A DNA stretch of 58,366 nucleotides, filler included, from Bipalium vagum (taxonomy: Eukaryota): assembly GCA_037834085.1 (NCBI GenBank). It is 3 parts of 3 records of this genome, joined end to end, with 100 filler letters (N's around TTAATTAATTAA, not from the genome) between each part and the next. Parts side by side here need not be neighbours in the genome. Positions count along the whole stretch, not along the records: positions 17,764 to 39,995 come from JBBMKC010224889.1; 2 more parts are not named here. The stretch is one strand, 5' to 3'. Positions 19,790-34,700 of the stretch are shown in pieces. Every line of letters begins with the position of its first letter. Within the stretch, counting starts at the first letter, position 1. Below the pieces are notes generated by a model. That model did no database searches, was not told where the DNA came from, and saw only the letters and a list, made by a program, of their open reading frames with translations. A program made the translations under genes and the position numbers.

Positions 19790-22700
19790 CTGAAAATTAA
19801 TTTTAACAGAAATTAAATATACTTTTTCCAAAGAAATTTCCAGAAAATATTTGAGAAAATGAGAAAAATGAGAACTACGTATTTATAATAAACATACGCG
19901 GATTGATAAAAAATTCGACCAATTTTTTTATAGTTTCGGGCTACATTTACTTGATGGATTATTTTTTGTTGTTAATATGTTTATTAATCGTTTTTTGATT
20001 TTTGTTTAAATTATTCAATTTATTTAATGTTCATTTTGGATAGAGTAGTCATTTCAAAAGTTGTTTTACAGTATATTTGGTGAATTTCAGTCTATCAAAA
20101 TGCAAGAGCAAAGAATATACATAAAGTTTTGCGTAAGGAATCAATTAAATTGTTCTGAAGTTGGGAAAATAATGCAAAAGTCGTTTTGTATATTAAATGT
20201 GAACCAACGAACGGTTTACTTTAAAGATGACCGTGAATCAGTTGAGGATGTCAAAAGAGCTGGGAGATCAAAAACTTCAATTAACGATGAAAACGTGAAA
20301 GAAGTGAAGAAAAAAAATTGAAAACCATGGAATCACAATCAGGAAGGTTGCTGAAGAAGTGGGCATGTATTGCAACATTCAATAAAGAAAAATCCAACTT
20401 AATTAATTTAATATTTTATTTAATTTAGTATTTTTTTAATTAATAGAAAGAAGAAAATAATTTAAAGAAAGACATTTTGTAATTGTCTAAAATTATGATT
20501 TCATTTTAAAATTCTTCAACGAAATCTACATTTAGTCTATTAGCTAAATTGTACTTTCATGATTTGTAATTATTTAAAAAAAATAATAATATTTAATAAG
20601 TTTTATCTACAATTTTTTTTAATATTCATAAGTTATCAAAATTGTCAGTTATAATTATCAATGTAAAACAAATTGTTTAAGGCTATGAATTTTTTATATT
20701 GGATTTCGGAATCGGAATTCTTATTAAACATAAAAATAAAATTTCAATTTAATTTAAAATATAAATAAAAATAAAATTTTGTATTGATTAGTGATTTTTT
20801 TATAAAAAAAATTATAAAAATAATATGAAATAGTATAGGTTACATTTTAATAAAATTAAATTAGTATTTAATGTAATAGTCTAACCAAAACGTAAGAGAA
20901 GAAATAAAAAAAGAGAATTTAGTTCCAACATACATTTTTTAATCAATCTAATCAACAAAAAATATTTACTGGTCATAGATTATCAGATCACCAAAAAATT
21001 AGTTTCAGAAAATTATTTATTTTATTAATCCTCTGGAAAAAAGAAACTAAAGAAATTTATTTTTTAATAAAAATAATCATCGGTTATCCTAAGTGATAAC
21101 TGACAAAATGCCTCAAAATCATTATATCAGCAATTCTGATTTTAAAACGATTTCTTTGCAACCTACGAGGTTTAATTTTCACTTTTCTTTCAAAACTTAT
21201 CTGCGTACTCACTCTATTAGAAAGAATACATTAATGTTTTCTTAAGGCTTCTCTGGTAGAGGGAAAACAAGTTTCAGTTTCTTTATGTAAGTAAAATATA
21301 TTATTGGTTTGATTTATAAGGTTGTTGCAAAAAAATAGCCGATTTTTTACAAATATTTTAAAATTCAATAATTCAGTCCAAACAAAACTTCATTTATCAA
21401 AATAACATCCTTTTGAATCAAGAAACTTCTGGCAATGCGCAAAAAGCATATTTATTCCAACTACATAAAACTCAGGACTTCTGCAAGCAACAAAATCCAA
21501 GAAAGCGTTCTTCACTTCCTCTTCATTTTGAAACCGTTTCCAATGCATAAATAACTCCAGTTGCTTGAAAAGGTAAAAGTCTGTTGGAGCCAGGTATCAT
21601 AAGTGTGGAGCCTGATCAAGATTTTCATAACCAAAATCATACAATTTTTCTCAAGTGATATTTTCTGTGTGACCGAGCGTTGTCATGAAGTATAAGATAG
21701 GATGACTAAATAAATATCTAAGTTTTTAATGTTAGGTTGAGGTAAAAATATTGTTGGTTTTTTATATCACAAATCAAAAGTCGATAAGTCATCATGAGAA
21801 ACATTTATCAAAATAATAATCAATGTTATCAACGAGAATTTACCAATGTTCTAAGAGTTTAATAATACCATAATTAAAAATTCTGAACCAAATACTTGTT
21901 GATCATCTAGATTTATGAACTTTTTATTTTTTAGTAAATTATCAATTTATAAAAATATATGATAATCTGTGAGACATTTTTGGGGACTAAGGTGAGTGAG
22001 ATAAAGTTTCGTAATCCAAGTCCTATAATTTGTGTACACTTAATTTTTCAACCAGCGTTATTGTGTAAAAGTAAAGGACGGTTACTGTTTATCATACTGA
22101 TTGTATTTGCTACAGGTTTTCGTGATAAGCATCGAATAGTGATAGTTTGTCCATATATCAAGAAATCATAATGAATAATAAAGAAAATAAATAATTAAAA
22201 AATTCCACATGTCTGATTAGCCTCCTCATAGTTGAAATATCGTCATTGTTTGTTGAAGTTTTAAAAATTCATGGGAACCATACGGAGGTTTATAATTCAT
22301 GAGATATGTTAATACTTTATATTTAAGTCTTAATAATTAATTATACTTGAAAACTGTAAACCATTGACGACAATTGATAATCTTATGATTTTCATGACCT
22401 GTAAAAGTTCTTTTTATTAATTATATATCTTTAAATTATTGTACAACTCAATAAAATATTAATGAGAAAGTCTTGAACATTATAACCGTAGATATTTATG
22501 ACGAAAGTAAAATCAATCTCTTGGGTCAATGTAGTTCAATCTCAAGGACCTCTATGTTCAAGTACTAAACGATATAGAAGAATCCAATTCGGTTGACGAT
22601 TAATACTTCCCGTCAATTCTGATTCTCCTTAGGCAAAACAAAAATATCCGGGTTCTCACACCAGAATCTCTCTATAAAAAGCTCGTTTGACTATCCTTCT

Positions 22701-25700
22701 TCAATGAATTAAAACAACATTTCTTAAACAGGAAATATTTTCATTTTTAGACAAGATAAATTAACATCTTGTTTCTCATTCTAATTTCTTGTTTCCTATA
22801 ATTCTTAATTGAATTTCCCAATATTATTTCTGTTAATTCATCTAAATATTTCTTAATTAAAGGCTTGATTGCATTTTTGCTTAATTATTGCCATTAATGT
22901 TAATAATTAACGAAAATAGCCACAATATACCACTTATAAATTTACTAAAAATATTATATTATTTATATTAATATATGAAATATGTATAAACATTCACAAG
23001 ACCAAGTCAATTTGACATTTCGTAACAATCTATCTTGAAATTTATCAACTTCACATCCACCAGACAAACAATCTACAATGATATATGCCACTTCAATGTT
23101 ATATGCCACTGTAATTTTTCACATTGTCTTCCATTATCTTGACAAGTACCTTTAACTTCTCATTCAATCCGCAGTTGAGCGAAATTCCTGACATTCTTTC
23201 TTAGCATAACATCAGAAAAGGTCTAAGGCTTCACAGTTGAATTAATGACAGCAAGTCAGACATTAATAAAGATCATCAAAGTTTGGCTCTTGAACCCTGT
23301 CTGTATTGGTAAAGTAATATTTCTTTACAATTTCTGTTTAATATTCTCATAATTCATAACATTCAGAGAGAACTATTTTTGATTACAACCATGGAGTTTA
23401 ATTTCGATTACCGACCCTTGGTGGACTTCTCGAAGGATATCAAGAAATATAATAAAATAATAAATACGGATATCTATGATTTAAGCAAGGGGAAAATAAA
23501 ATCGACTTAGATTCTATTCAAATATTCGAAATTTATCTGAATGAATATATTAAAAAAATATTTTTTGTTCTTAAAGGAAAAATCTTTGTTCACATCTTGA
23601 TAAACCTTAAGCTGTTTATCAGGAAAACTATTCATTTCACTTTTATATTGATATTTTATGATAATAAATTGATAATGTTGAATGTTTTGAAAACTCTTAT
23701 AAAATCTGTATCAAATTATATGTAAATCGCTTTATTGTTTTCTGCATTACTTTTACATTACTTATATTTTATTTTATTGATTACTCGTTATACATTTTTA
23801 ATTGATTATTTTACTTGATTGATTGACCATATATTCTTTTGATTATCTTGGTTAAGAATATTTGATCGTAGTGTGATTTTGATTGTGTAATATTGTATAG
23901 ATTAAACAAAGTTGATTATTTTGATTCGAACGCGTTATTAACAAAAGTTATAGTCATTAAAATCCCGAGATAAGTTTTACGAATTTTCTTTCCCAATAAA
24001 TACGTAAATATAATTTTGTAATATTTATATTTTAATATAATTATTATCATAAATGATATTTACAAATTAGATGATTTTCTTATGTTTCAAATGTTATCTA
24101 AATTCTATATTATATAATAAATTTGGTAATTTATTGATGTAATTAAAACAAAATTTTTATTCATTTTTGAAATAAATAGATACAACAAATCTAATTTGAT
24201 ATTATATACGATTTTATTATATTTTATAATAGTTTTCCTAGTATTTATTATTCACAAGAGCTAATCTTTTATAAGTCGATCAAAAGATGATGAATTATTA
24301 TTATACAATATTATATTAATTATTGGAATAACATCATAAATATAAAAATATATTATGATTTGTCAAATATGAGCATACATTATTTTTTTTAATGAAAGCC
24401 TCGTTGTAAAGTATAATTCAGAAAATGCAGAGGTCATAGATGATAATTGATGACAGTGTTTTGGAGGAGCAAGTTGAAGGAAATACATATCCATCTATGG
24501 AAGATCTCGCCGAAGTATTTGGTTTAAAACCAATAACAATTTGTCGTCTTTTGAAATCAGTCACCAAGTTCTGAAACTCGAGAAATGGGTACCGTTCATA
24601 ACTTGAAAAAGTTCTAGCAAATTCAGCCAATGAAAATATAGAAGAACTTGAAATTAATTAACCAGATTAAAAATATTGACAAAGTTAACGATGAATGAGA
24701 TGAACAAAATAAAAATACAAATTTTATAGTTTTATTTTATTTTTATCATTAGAGACAACAAATATTAATAAGCATCATATTAACATTAGCTTTAATGATT
24801 ATAAGCAAGTATTAGAATAATAAATAAATAAATAAATAATTTTAATTTGCAAGATAATATTGACATGTGACATTTGGTGCTGAATGATGTGTAAAATTTG
24901 GCTCACTGTAGAGATTACGGCTGTCATGTTTGTACGAGTTTTCAAAAACATTATAGCTAACCACTTACATATATTTCTAATTTAACTACGAACTGAAAGA
25001 AAACTGTCGTATTTTTTACATTTAATTTTATTATGATGTGATCGATTTTTACGTTGAAAATTAATCTTATAAGTTCTTCCTTGAACGTTCAACTGACAAA
25101 CGATTGATTATCAACATAATAACTAGAAAGACTTCAGAAGTATACATCAAACCTTGATTTGTCAAAGTTATTTTATCTTTAAAGAGTAAGATAATGCAAA
25201 ATTAAATGGAAAAATACCGTTTTATTATTTTGTTTAAAAATTAATTTTGCATAAAGTTAATTTGTTTAAGTAGTGACTTAATTTAAACAAAAAATTGGTT
25301 ATAATTGCAAATGTTAATAAATATCAGATTTGTTAATTTAAACAAAAGTTGTTTTGATTGAGAGATGGATTATTTTTAAAAATGAAAGACAGCACTATTT
25401 ATATACCTTCGTATTTGGTAAGAAATTGTTTAATTTAAACAAATAAATGTTGATAAAAACTGTAATAAAAGGCATCAGTTAAATTAAGTAAATTCTACCT
25501 CGCACTATAAGCGTATAAGTATAGGAAATCTGTCCCAGCGAATTATACACTTTACAAGTGTAATGACCAGCATATTCTAATCGAATGTTATTAATTCGCA
25601 GCATAGGCTGGCGAATACTGGTTATATTATCAATCCAATCTGCGGATGATTTGCCTTTCATCCATAAATATTCTGGCGAAGGATATCCCGCAGAAAGACA

Positions 25701-28700
25701 GTCAAATTCAACAGATGAACCAACATCTTTAACTACTTTTTTATAACTGTTCTCGTTCTGCATCAATGAATTCAGAAAGCACGGTTCTGTAAACATAATT
25801 AACGTTACATGTTACAATGAGATGTGAACTTACTAAAATTTACATCAGAATTTTGTTTTAATGGCATTTGGCAATACTTTCCATCTTAATAAAACAAATT
25901 TATGTAATAACATCGAGAGATCAAAATGTTAAGGGAGCAAATAAATCGACAGTTTTTATATGTTCATAATGAAAAGCTTTACTGGCAGTATTTTACCAAG
26001 TTCCGATTGAAAGTTGTTGAAAAAACGAAGATTAATTAAATATAAATAATTTCTGTCGACCTTTAGTCTTATAATTGTACGAAGTAATTACATTCAGTCT
26101 TGCCTTGCCATTTGCGTTGAATTTCATTACAAGTTATTAACATCACATTTCTGTCAATATCGATAGATTTTTAGACGGGAATGGTATTTAAGTCTAATGA
26201 AATTATCGTTCTCAAAATATTAATGTCTTCCTGTAATGTATATTATTTTATATATCTATTGATGGCCTAAAAAGTTTCCAAAAATCACCTTTCATACAAC
26301 AAATAAACTTAGTTGAATAAAATATTCTTTTTTTTCCATTTATCTGGTAAATTCACAACTTAAATGTCTGAGATTTCTGATCAAAAAACTGTATACTCTC
26401 TTGAAATCCTTGGAACTTCATTAAGAAACCTCTACAGAGTCAGAAACAAATAGCAGTTCGACGGTGCCAGTTAGAACTATACACTGAATTCGTTAAAAAA
26501 TCCCAGTCAAGCACTTTAGATTTTGACGTGTCATTAAAAATAAATATAGTCCACTTCTCTTTTCCAGTGATCAGATTTTTAAGAAATGGTTCTAGTTCAT
26601 TTTTTCCAGTAAAGAATCGCAATAAAACATCTGCTGATTAATTTCTTTTCAGATAAATTGAGGCACCATAATTAAAATTTCTAGTTTACTGATAATTTGG
26701 GTCTTCCAACAAAATACATCCCCCGTGCAATGAGCAAGAATAAAACAAAAGATTTGCAAACAGAATTTCCCTCATAAGAATGACTACCATGCTCACTGGA
26801 CTTGAATTCCTTGACCACTCCATATGGAAAAATCTTGAGGCAAAGTCTCACAAATAGTTTAATTCGGAATAAATTAATGAAAAAACAGTGCATGCCTCGA
26901 CTGACTAATTTCTTTGTCTTTGAACTTGTATCGACTTTAAACTCAGATATTTCAAAAGGCTTTAAATAAAATTTTTATATTCCTTCATCTTGTTATTCAT
27001 ATATTGTTTATAATTAAAATAGATATCGTCCAATAAAATTGATCTCAAAAATTTCCGGACTTTTATGGCAACCTGTATATTGCCTGCAATTCAAATTAAG
27101 ATAATTCATAACAAATACTGAGGAAACTGTTTAGGTAACCTAAATCCCAATACCAAACATATTTATAGATGTTCTTTTTAGGTTGTTTTTTGTATTTTTT
27201 TATAATTAATAAAAAAATTTAATTTAGAAATAAAAGTTAAGCAATGTAAATTATAAATAAAATATAAAAGTCTTAATAAATATTTTAATAAAATTAATTA
27301 ATTTCATAAGTTAAATAAAGTGAATTATTGAATAAAATAAAATTTGAAAATCCCACGGTGTGCAAATTTAATTTTAAATTAAATTACAAATCGCTTTGTA
27401 AGCCATAAAATTATTAACGTGAAACAAGTTCATATTAATATTGAGAATAGTAACATATTCTGAATTTTAAGTTAAAATCAACACTAGGGGTACCGAAATA
27501 AAATTTTCTGAAAAAATTATTTGTTTTAATGTTTATTCGGTTTTTTTAAAAAATTAACAACTCTTATAATACCAGGTCTCTAAAATGTCATTTGCTGTAC
27601 CAAACGATTTCAACAATATTTGTAGTGATCTATTACACTTTTTGTTTCATAATAATGTTTCTTTTGAAAATCAAGATTTTTAATTATCCAATTATTATAG
27701 AAAAAAGATTATTCACAACATGATGGATAACTTAATGATATATTGAATATTGGGTATCAAAATACCCAGTCCAATAAAAAATGAGTAAACTTTTACATTA
27801 CTATTATAAGACACCAATATACATTCAGTTAAAAATTAACCGAGATTTTTAAATAAGACAAAAGCATTTGACTAAGCATCCAAATTTATTTAATCACCTT
27901 TAAATAGACCCCATCTGAAGCGGTATTCATATATACCCGCGCTCAATCTAATCATCCATACAAAAATTAAAGACGTGTTTCGGGATCACTTTGAGTTTCT
28001 GAAGAAAATTGCTCTTCAGTGGTAATTGCATTTTTGGAAAGAGAAAGAAGTCACATGAAGCCATATCTGGACTATGTGAAGTTCGTTGAATTATATTTGT
28101 TTTGTTTTTGGCTTAAACCGACACACAACTAGCCTCATTTGTGATAGAACATTATCACTCTAAAAAATAACAAGCAAATATTTTGGTTAAAATTAATTAT
28201 TTCTGATAAACAAATTAAAAATCCATATAAAGTAATTAGGCAAGAAGATAATGGTTCCCGCATACCTCTGTAGTGACAAAACAAAACCATTACAAATTCT
28301 TTTCTGAAATTCAACGTCATCGGGCATATTCGTTATTTAATTAACCTAATTCCAGCATATGATGATCTCTTGCCATCTATCAAACGATATGCCTAGAATT
28401 TTCTGTAAGGATGATGTTCACCTAAAAGCTTGGCTCGATGAATTCTTTTTTGGAAAACTTGAGAATTTATTCAAACGAGGAATTGAAAATTTATCTGAAC
28501 ATTAGATATATTCATACACGAATGATGAGAGTATTTTATAATTTAACAATGCTTATCATTATTGCAAATTTTAGTTAGAATTCCATTAGTTCCTTTCAAT
28601 CGGATGGTATTTATACTTCAAATCATTAAATAGAGAATATTTTACGAGACATTTTTAACCCAAAATATTCGATATCTTGAAACGTCTTAATCTACAAGAA

Positions 28701-31700
28701 AATCCTTATACCTGTAACTTTAACATAAAATGTTGCTTCCCGAACGCCATAACCTGTGACACCTTTGCATTTGTAAATCCCAGCATCTTCGAGTCTCAGT
28801 TGTTTTACCTTTGAAAAATGATATAATAATATAAATAATATAAATAATTCGTTTTTTTTCTTTTAACCCTTAATTAAATCACAATATGACAATTTTATGT
28901 TTATAAACAAAAGTAAAAGTTTAAACACTTCAAGTATTCTAATTAGAATTTCCTGACTTACCTGAAGAATCTTATTGTTGTCCTTGAATTCGTATCTCAA
29001 GTCCATGGACAACATATTTTCATCCACTTCATTCACTGTCCAACTAATGAAGAATCCGACTTCTTGTTTAGAATTGACTTGAATAGGGCAAACGATTTTT
29101 AAAGTGGAACCGATCTGTAAGGTTACGTTGCTGGAGTATTCTTGCAAAATTGGTATGACATCATTGGCATATACTGGAAAACATTTTAATTATTTACTTC
29201 AATTTATTTATTTATTTATATTTCAATTAACTTTACCAAAAAACNNNNNNNNNNNNNNNNNNNNNNNNNNNNNNNNNNNNNNNNNNNNNNNNNNNNNNNN
29301 NNNNNNNNNNNNNNNNNNNNNNNNNNNNNNNNNNNNNNNNNNNNNNNNNNNNNNNNNNNNNNNNNNNNNNNNNNNNNNNNNNNNNAATAAGAATTAATTA
29401 AAACAACGCCTACTAAAATAAAATTATATATTAATAATAAATAATGATTGCATTTATTTCAGATTTTGAGTTTAATTTATTATTTTAGCGGGGAATTTAT
29501 TAAGTAATCTAAAGATGGTGTGAGATTTTAGCTACCAACGGAAAATATTTTGATTGAAGAAAATGTTTTCTTTATTGTAAATAGTTTATTTTCAAAACGA
29601 TCAATGAAATAGAATTCGAATACCACAAGTCCTCGGTGGAAATCGACTTAGAAAATTGAATATTTGCTATTGCAATTTAAAATATTACAAAATGGTTTAG
29701 TTTAACAAATATTTATTTTTCATTACTCATAATTTAAACAAGTAAAAAGTATACATATATTATATATGAGGACCAAGAAAGTCACGTTTTTCAGAATAAC
29801 GCATTTATATTTTGTGTAAAATATTTTTATACTCAGAAATGTTAATATATAATTTAGGATAATAACAAAACATTTTGAAACCACAACGTTAAGTTCCTGC
29901 AAGACTGAAGAACAAACATCAACATTAAAACTTCGCCATTAAGAAGGGTTACACTTTCCTCAACTACTCAAATTTACCAAACCCTTATTGGAGCAGAATG
30001 CAAACAAGCATGTCCGAAAACTATCTTAGTCTCCTGATATAAGACTAATGAATCGTTTCGTATTCGTGTTTTTAATCAAAGAGGAGAATGAAAAAAATGC
30101 AGGTCGAATTGTGAGTTGAACCGATTGACAAACTAACTGAACTGCATCATTTTGTGTGATAGTGAAATCTGAAGAGAATATGAATAGGTCTACTGAAATT
30201 CCTGTCCTAAAATTTAATTACATGGTATACGAAAGGGCGTTAATATAAACTAATTATTTTTTCTTAAGACTTTAATAAATCATTCCTTGTTTAGGTACTA
30301 CATTTGAATTTTTATTACAAACAACATGAAAACTAGTCTCAACCAAATTAAATGTAGATATGTTATTGAATTTTTCCAACGTCATAACTCCGATAGTATA
30401 GTTACAAAAAATTATTTTACACAACTGAATGTTAACGTACTTTTCATTAACCCAGAATATCAATATCTGGCCGAATTCCAACGGTTTCTATCAAGCATAA
30501 TGGAAAAAACCTGAAGAGTCGATTTCTTAAAATTTCGTACTTGTCTTTTCGATCAGGTGCAGAGGAACATCAACAGTATACAGATTAAAGAAACAACTGG
30601 TAATTATAAGAAAGACAAAAAGGACCGCGCCAAGTTACATAAAATATCAGGCCGAAATGGTTATGGAGGTTGCAAGAATCTGTAAAAACAACTGATGCCG
30701 TCTGGTGGACAAAATTAGTGATAATTGATGACGAAACGTATGTGTTGTGTGATTCAAGCCATCTTCCATGTAAAGAGTTTTCGAATGACATTCCTAATGT
30801 AGAAACACTAGCTGTTTTTAAGGTTTAGAGAAAAGTAAAGTATCCTGCTAAATCTTTAATCTGGAAAGCAATTTCATAAGATGGTCGATTAGCAAAATTT
30901 ATCAATAAACTTGGATGACATTCTTAAAGGTTCATTTCTTGATTTTTTCAATAAACTAAAAGATAAAGACAATTTTCTATTTTTTTCGACTAGCTTGGCA
31001 ACCAGCCACCACTGAGAATATGAGAATAATCACCCAGATTTGAATTTATCAAAGAATGGGAACGAATATCAGTATCAATGGCTGCAGAACATGGGAAAAC
31101 CTGTTCAGGTAATTAACATCATTAATCCAAATCGCTGGTCACCACGATGCAGATATTTTTATTTGACTCATGTAATGTAAAGTTTAATAAATATGCTTTT
31201 CAATGTATTCTTTGTTTTATGTTATCTTTCTCCATTTCAATATAGAGCTTGTTTGAACTTTGGGTCAGGAATTTCGTTACAAGTATTACATAGGTCATAA
31301 GATGTTTGATATATTGAATATGAGATTTTAAAAACAGTCTTTTTTAATATTCCCCTATATAACGTGTGCAGTTAAAAAAGTGGACATATTACAAAAATAC
31401 TGAGGTCATATTTACCCAGTGAATGTATTATTGACCGTAAGTTATAATATTCTGGAGAGAACAAGTTCAGAGACTAACAATTTTTAACAGTTTCATCATC
31501 TTCAAGTTTGAAAAGTGTTGTAGCTCTTGGCAGAGATAACTCTATTGAATCAGAAATCTATTTAACCACGTGTTTGATGGTTTAAATTCGAACCCGAAAA
31601 TAAACGTTGAAGAAATATTGAGTGCAAATCTTTGAATGTCTTTTCGGCATACAGAAAGATACTGGGATCTTCGATCTGTGATCCAGTCCAATATTGTATC

Positions 31701-34700
31701 TTCTAGTGTTTCATTCGTTGATTTTCAACCGCCTGCCTTTATCTTATACTTAATTTCATAATCGGAATTAAACTCTGTACTGTTTAAAATTTAATATTTT
31801 TCTACATAATGATCATTAACTTTAGTACACTTATTTGAGCGATTATACAAATCATTTATAACATTTTGATACATTTCTGGTGATATTCTAGTTGGTTCCA
31901 TTTGAATAATATTTTTCAGTTCTTGGATATCTTTCGGTTTTCTTCTATATATTTGTGTCTTCAGATGTTCCCAAAGAATGAAATCAAGTTGTATTAGATG
32001 GATTATTGTCTATTTCGTTGATAAGACATATTACAATTATTCTAGCATATTCTAAGTCATGTAACCTATGAATAATTTAAATCTTGCTTAGATAAAGTTG
32101 AAAATCTGATGGTACTGCATTGTTTAGAGCTGTTCTTAGAGATTTTTCAGTTGCTTCTTCATAAATCTGACTTATTTATCATTTTCAATTTCCAAATTTC
32201 CAATGATCACAAACAATCCAAGTCACTTTGAATTTTACAAATATCTCCTTCATTATCCTCGCTGTATGTATCTTTTTCAATTAGAAGATGAAAACATGAT
32301 GAAGAACATTATTAAAATTTGAATTTACTGTAATTTAGTTCGATAACACCGACTTATTAGAACAATTAAACAATTACATTAAATTTCGGAAATTCTATTT
32401 CAGCAAATAAACGAAATGAACCAGAATCTTAACAGCTTAAGCTCTGCTTTGGAAAAAGAATATCAATCATTCACAAACACATAATAATATAATAAATCTC
32501 AAAAAGAACATTGCGAAAGTTGTACGACTTAAAATACTTTAGGATATTTCTGCAACTATCCCGGAAGTCTTCAAAAACCGCGAGTTTGTAGCTTCCAGAA
32601 AAACAGTCTTATTTTTATTGGAATATATCTTTATTTATTTATTTATTATTGTTGAAAAAAATGTACAAAATGTGATGTCTTAAATAAAAGAGTTAATAAA
32701 ATATTGTTACCTGAGTCTTACTATTTTAGAATTAAAGGTCAAAATTTGCCGTATCATTTGCAGTTTATCAATAAATAAATCTCAAGCCAAAGGTGATCTT
32801 TATCTTCTAAAGGGCTAAAGGAAGAATAATAATCTTTACAAAGATGTACTTCATATATTATTTTGAGCCAAATAATAATACAAATCAGAATCATGCTTTG
32901 TCAAAGGACGAGTTCTTGTTTAGCTGTCCCTTGTCATGAAATCTGCTTTTGGCCGTAATTGAAAACATCATCCATGGATTGTTTTTCCAATTAACAAAAC
33001 ATCGCCATCAACGAAGCATCGTTAGGAGTACAACGGACAACAAAACCAAGTTGGTATGAAAAATATCTAATGAGAAATAGTCTGAATTATTATATATTAT
33101 GCTAGCAACTCTTCGCTTAATATCATTGATATCTGTCAATCAATCCTGGAAACAATCTCGGACGCCCAGTAATATGGTAAAATTGTTATCAAATAATTTA
33201 TCTGTCATCGAGACCAAGTTTCTTTTAATTCTAATTTCATGGTCGTCTTCAATAAATTGCGAAATTAATTCATTTCAATCGGTAATGATTGATAAAATAA
33301 ATTAATAATAAAAAAAATGGTATAACTTTAGTAAATTTTATTATTTCTATCATGAAGAATAACAAGGTTCATTGATTTTATTTATTAATTTCATTTATTT
33401 TAATTTTATTATAAATAAATAATATATTTCTTAAAATGTAAAAGATTATATAATTATTCACAAAAAGTGCATTAATAATTTCTATATTAATGTTATATTA
33501 GCTTGTCTGAAAAGATAATAAATAATGTTTCTTTTACAGTTTATGAAGATTTTATTTATTTATTCATTTATTAATATTATTATTAATCTACACAATTAAA
33601 TTTATTTCTCATTTTAACCGGGAAACATAAATTAAATAATTAATATTAATAAAAATTAAATAAAAAATCGTTATTATTGTTTTATCGTAAATTATGATTA
33701 TTTTCTATTGATATTAAACAAAATAATCAATTTCTATTAATTTTATTGTTGTATAAATGTTTAAAACAATTTATTCAAACAGTAGCTGAATTAAAACAAA
33801 TAACGATTTATTTACTTAATATTTTGTTTATTATTTTATTTACTTAAGAACTGCTTTCTAATGAATGGTGACATTAAACATGAAAGAAAATATTTTTATT
33901 TTTTACACAGAAATAAAGATTTGATAAAAGTTATTTGTACTTCATTTTACTAAAAAGTGCAACGAAATTATTTATAATAATAATTGAAAAATTTTTCAAT
34001 AAAATTAGACTCTTGGACAATTATATTCTTAGGCAATCATTTTAATTAATATAAAGATAAGACCAAAATATAAAGAATGCATTTTTCATGTAATGGCGAT
34101 TATTCAAACAAACCTCTTAAATGGACCTTATGACTTAAATTATTTAAATTACAAAAAATTACCAACAGTTATAAACCCCGTTTTACTCACAACTTATATA
34201 TTCAAATTTTAATTAAACACTTTAAATTATAAAATTTTTATTACTTTTTAAAAACCCTATATTATAAAATACTTAATAATCGTTAACTTAGGTGTGAGGT
34301 GATTATTTTTTAAAAAATTATCCAAACTATTATTATTCGAACTACTCTGTATGAGAACAATGAGAACTTAGTTCGGAAATGAATTTGAAATAGTGATAGT
34401 AATGTCTTTGAAAATAGTAATGCACGTTAAAGAAGTCTTCTTGACATTTCTAAATTGCAGAAAATTGAACCATTTAATGGAAACATCGATTATTTTCGAA
34501 AAATTTTGTTAAAAGGAATAATAAAAATCCATAAAGTGATATTAAGTATTAACCATTAAGTATTAATCCCAAGCCTTCCGCCGGTGAGCAAATTAAAGAA
34601 AGTCGAACATTTTAAGATAAAGTTTTCTCGTCAGCTCAATGACACCCCCATAATCACATTGATATTGTGGCGACAAGACAAAATTCACCTTGAAATAATT

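Noticed and set aside
24418-24630. 70-aa minus-strand ORF inside an FGFRL intron, as a possible extra exon
   Set aside because: It is the antisense of a + strand mariner HTH fragment (…EDLAEVFG…KWVP).
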